A stretch of DNA of 62,522 nt, counting the filler, from Sphacelaria rigidula (lineage: Eukaryota), in the NCBI GenBank assembly GCA_964200075.2. It is 6 parts of 6 records of this genome, joined end to end, with 100 filler letters (N's around TTAATTAATTAA, not from the genome) between each part and the next. Parts side by side here need not be neighbours in the genome. Positions count along the whole stretch, not along the records: positions 52,189 to 62,522 come from CAXNAA020006700.1; 5 more parts are not named here. The stretch is one strand, 5' to 3'. Every line of letters begins with the position of its first letter. Position 1 is the first letter of the stretch. A program made the translations under genes and the position numbers. Positions 62,311 to 62,522 of this stretch are shown piece after piece. Under the pieces are notes generated by a model. That model was not told the origin of the DNA. It did not search any database and worked only from the letters and a program-made list of their open reading frames with translations.

Positions 62311-62429
62311 TCCAAAATTGAGCGCGCAGGAAATGCGTTTCAACATTCCTGATGACTTCTTTGGCGACCCAGCCTGTAGATGGCGCATGATTTCTTTTGG
62401 TGTTCATACCCCCCAAAAATCAGTTGTTG

Positions 62430-62522
62430 AATGCGACTAATGCCCCCCGCGCTTGGTGGTTTGATTGGGAGCCTGGTCCGGCGAAAACCCGGCGTGCTCC
62501 GTCCCGGCTTTGTAGGGATGCG
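62430..62522 (+). mobile_element. 3' region of LINE L-B (cut by window end)
   Basis: GGCGAAAACCCGGCGTGCTCCGTCCCGGCTTTGTAGGGATGCG matches the reverse complement of ~60065-60110. Confidence 0.75.

Overview
This window is not one locus. It is six eukaryotic scaffolds of 10339, 10339, 10338, 10337, 10335 and 10334 bp, sorted by length and joined by identical 100-nt spacers (N44-TTAATTAATTAA-N44), so nothing should be inferred across the spacers. The small GT/GC-AG exons in repeat-packed introns and the TE families look like a brown alga (Phaeophyceae); this taxonomic call is my inference. Piece 1: two decayed Ty3/Gypsy elements, one hit twice by the same MITE. Piece 2: a multi-exon coiled-coil/PDZ-like/ankyrin gene with two apparent GC donors, plus a TA-flanked element inside a large microsatellite. 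Piece 3: a decayed APE-type LINE and a piggyBac-like element inside a ~43-bp tandem array. Piece 4: the last two exons of a KP-43-type subtilase and two Copia relics. Piece 5: the 3' exons of a second ankyrin/coiled-coil gene. Piece 6: an FBXO9-like F-box gene. The most interesting recurring signal is a LINE family, with a sister family, that ends in a C-rich tail instead of poly(A). It carries a conserved 3' stem-loop and repeatedly sits between target-site duplications starting in C-runs. No CRISPR array, rRNA or intact tRNA was seen.
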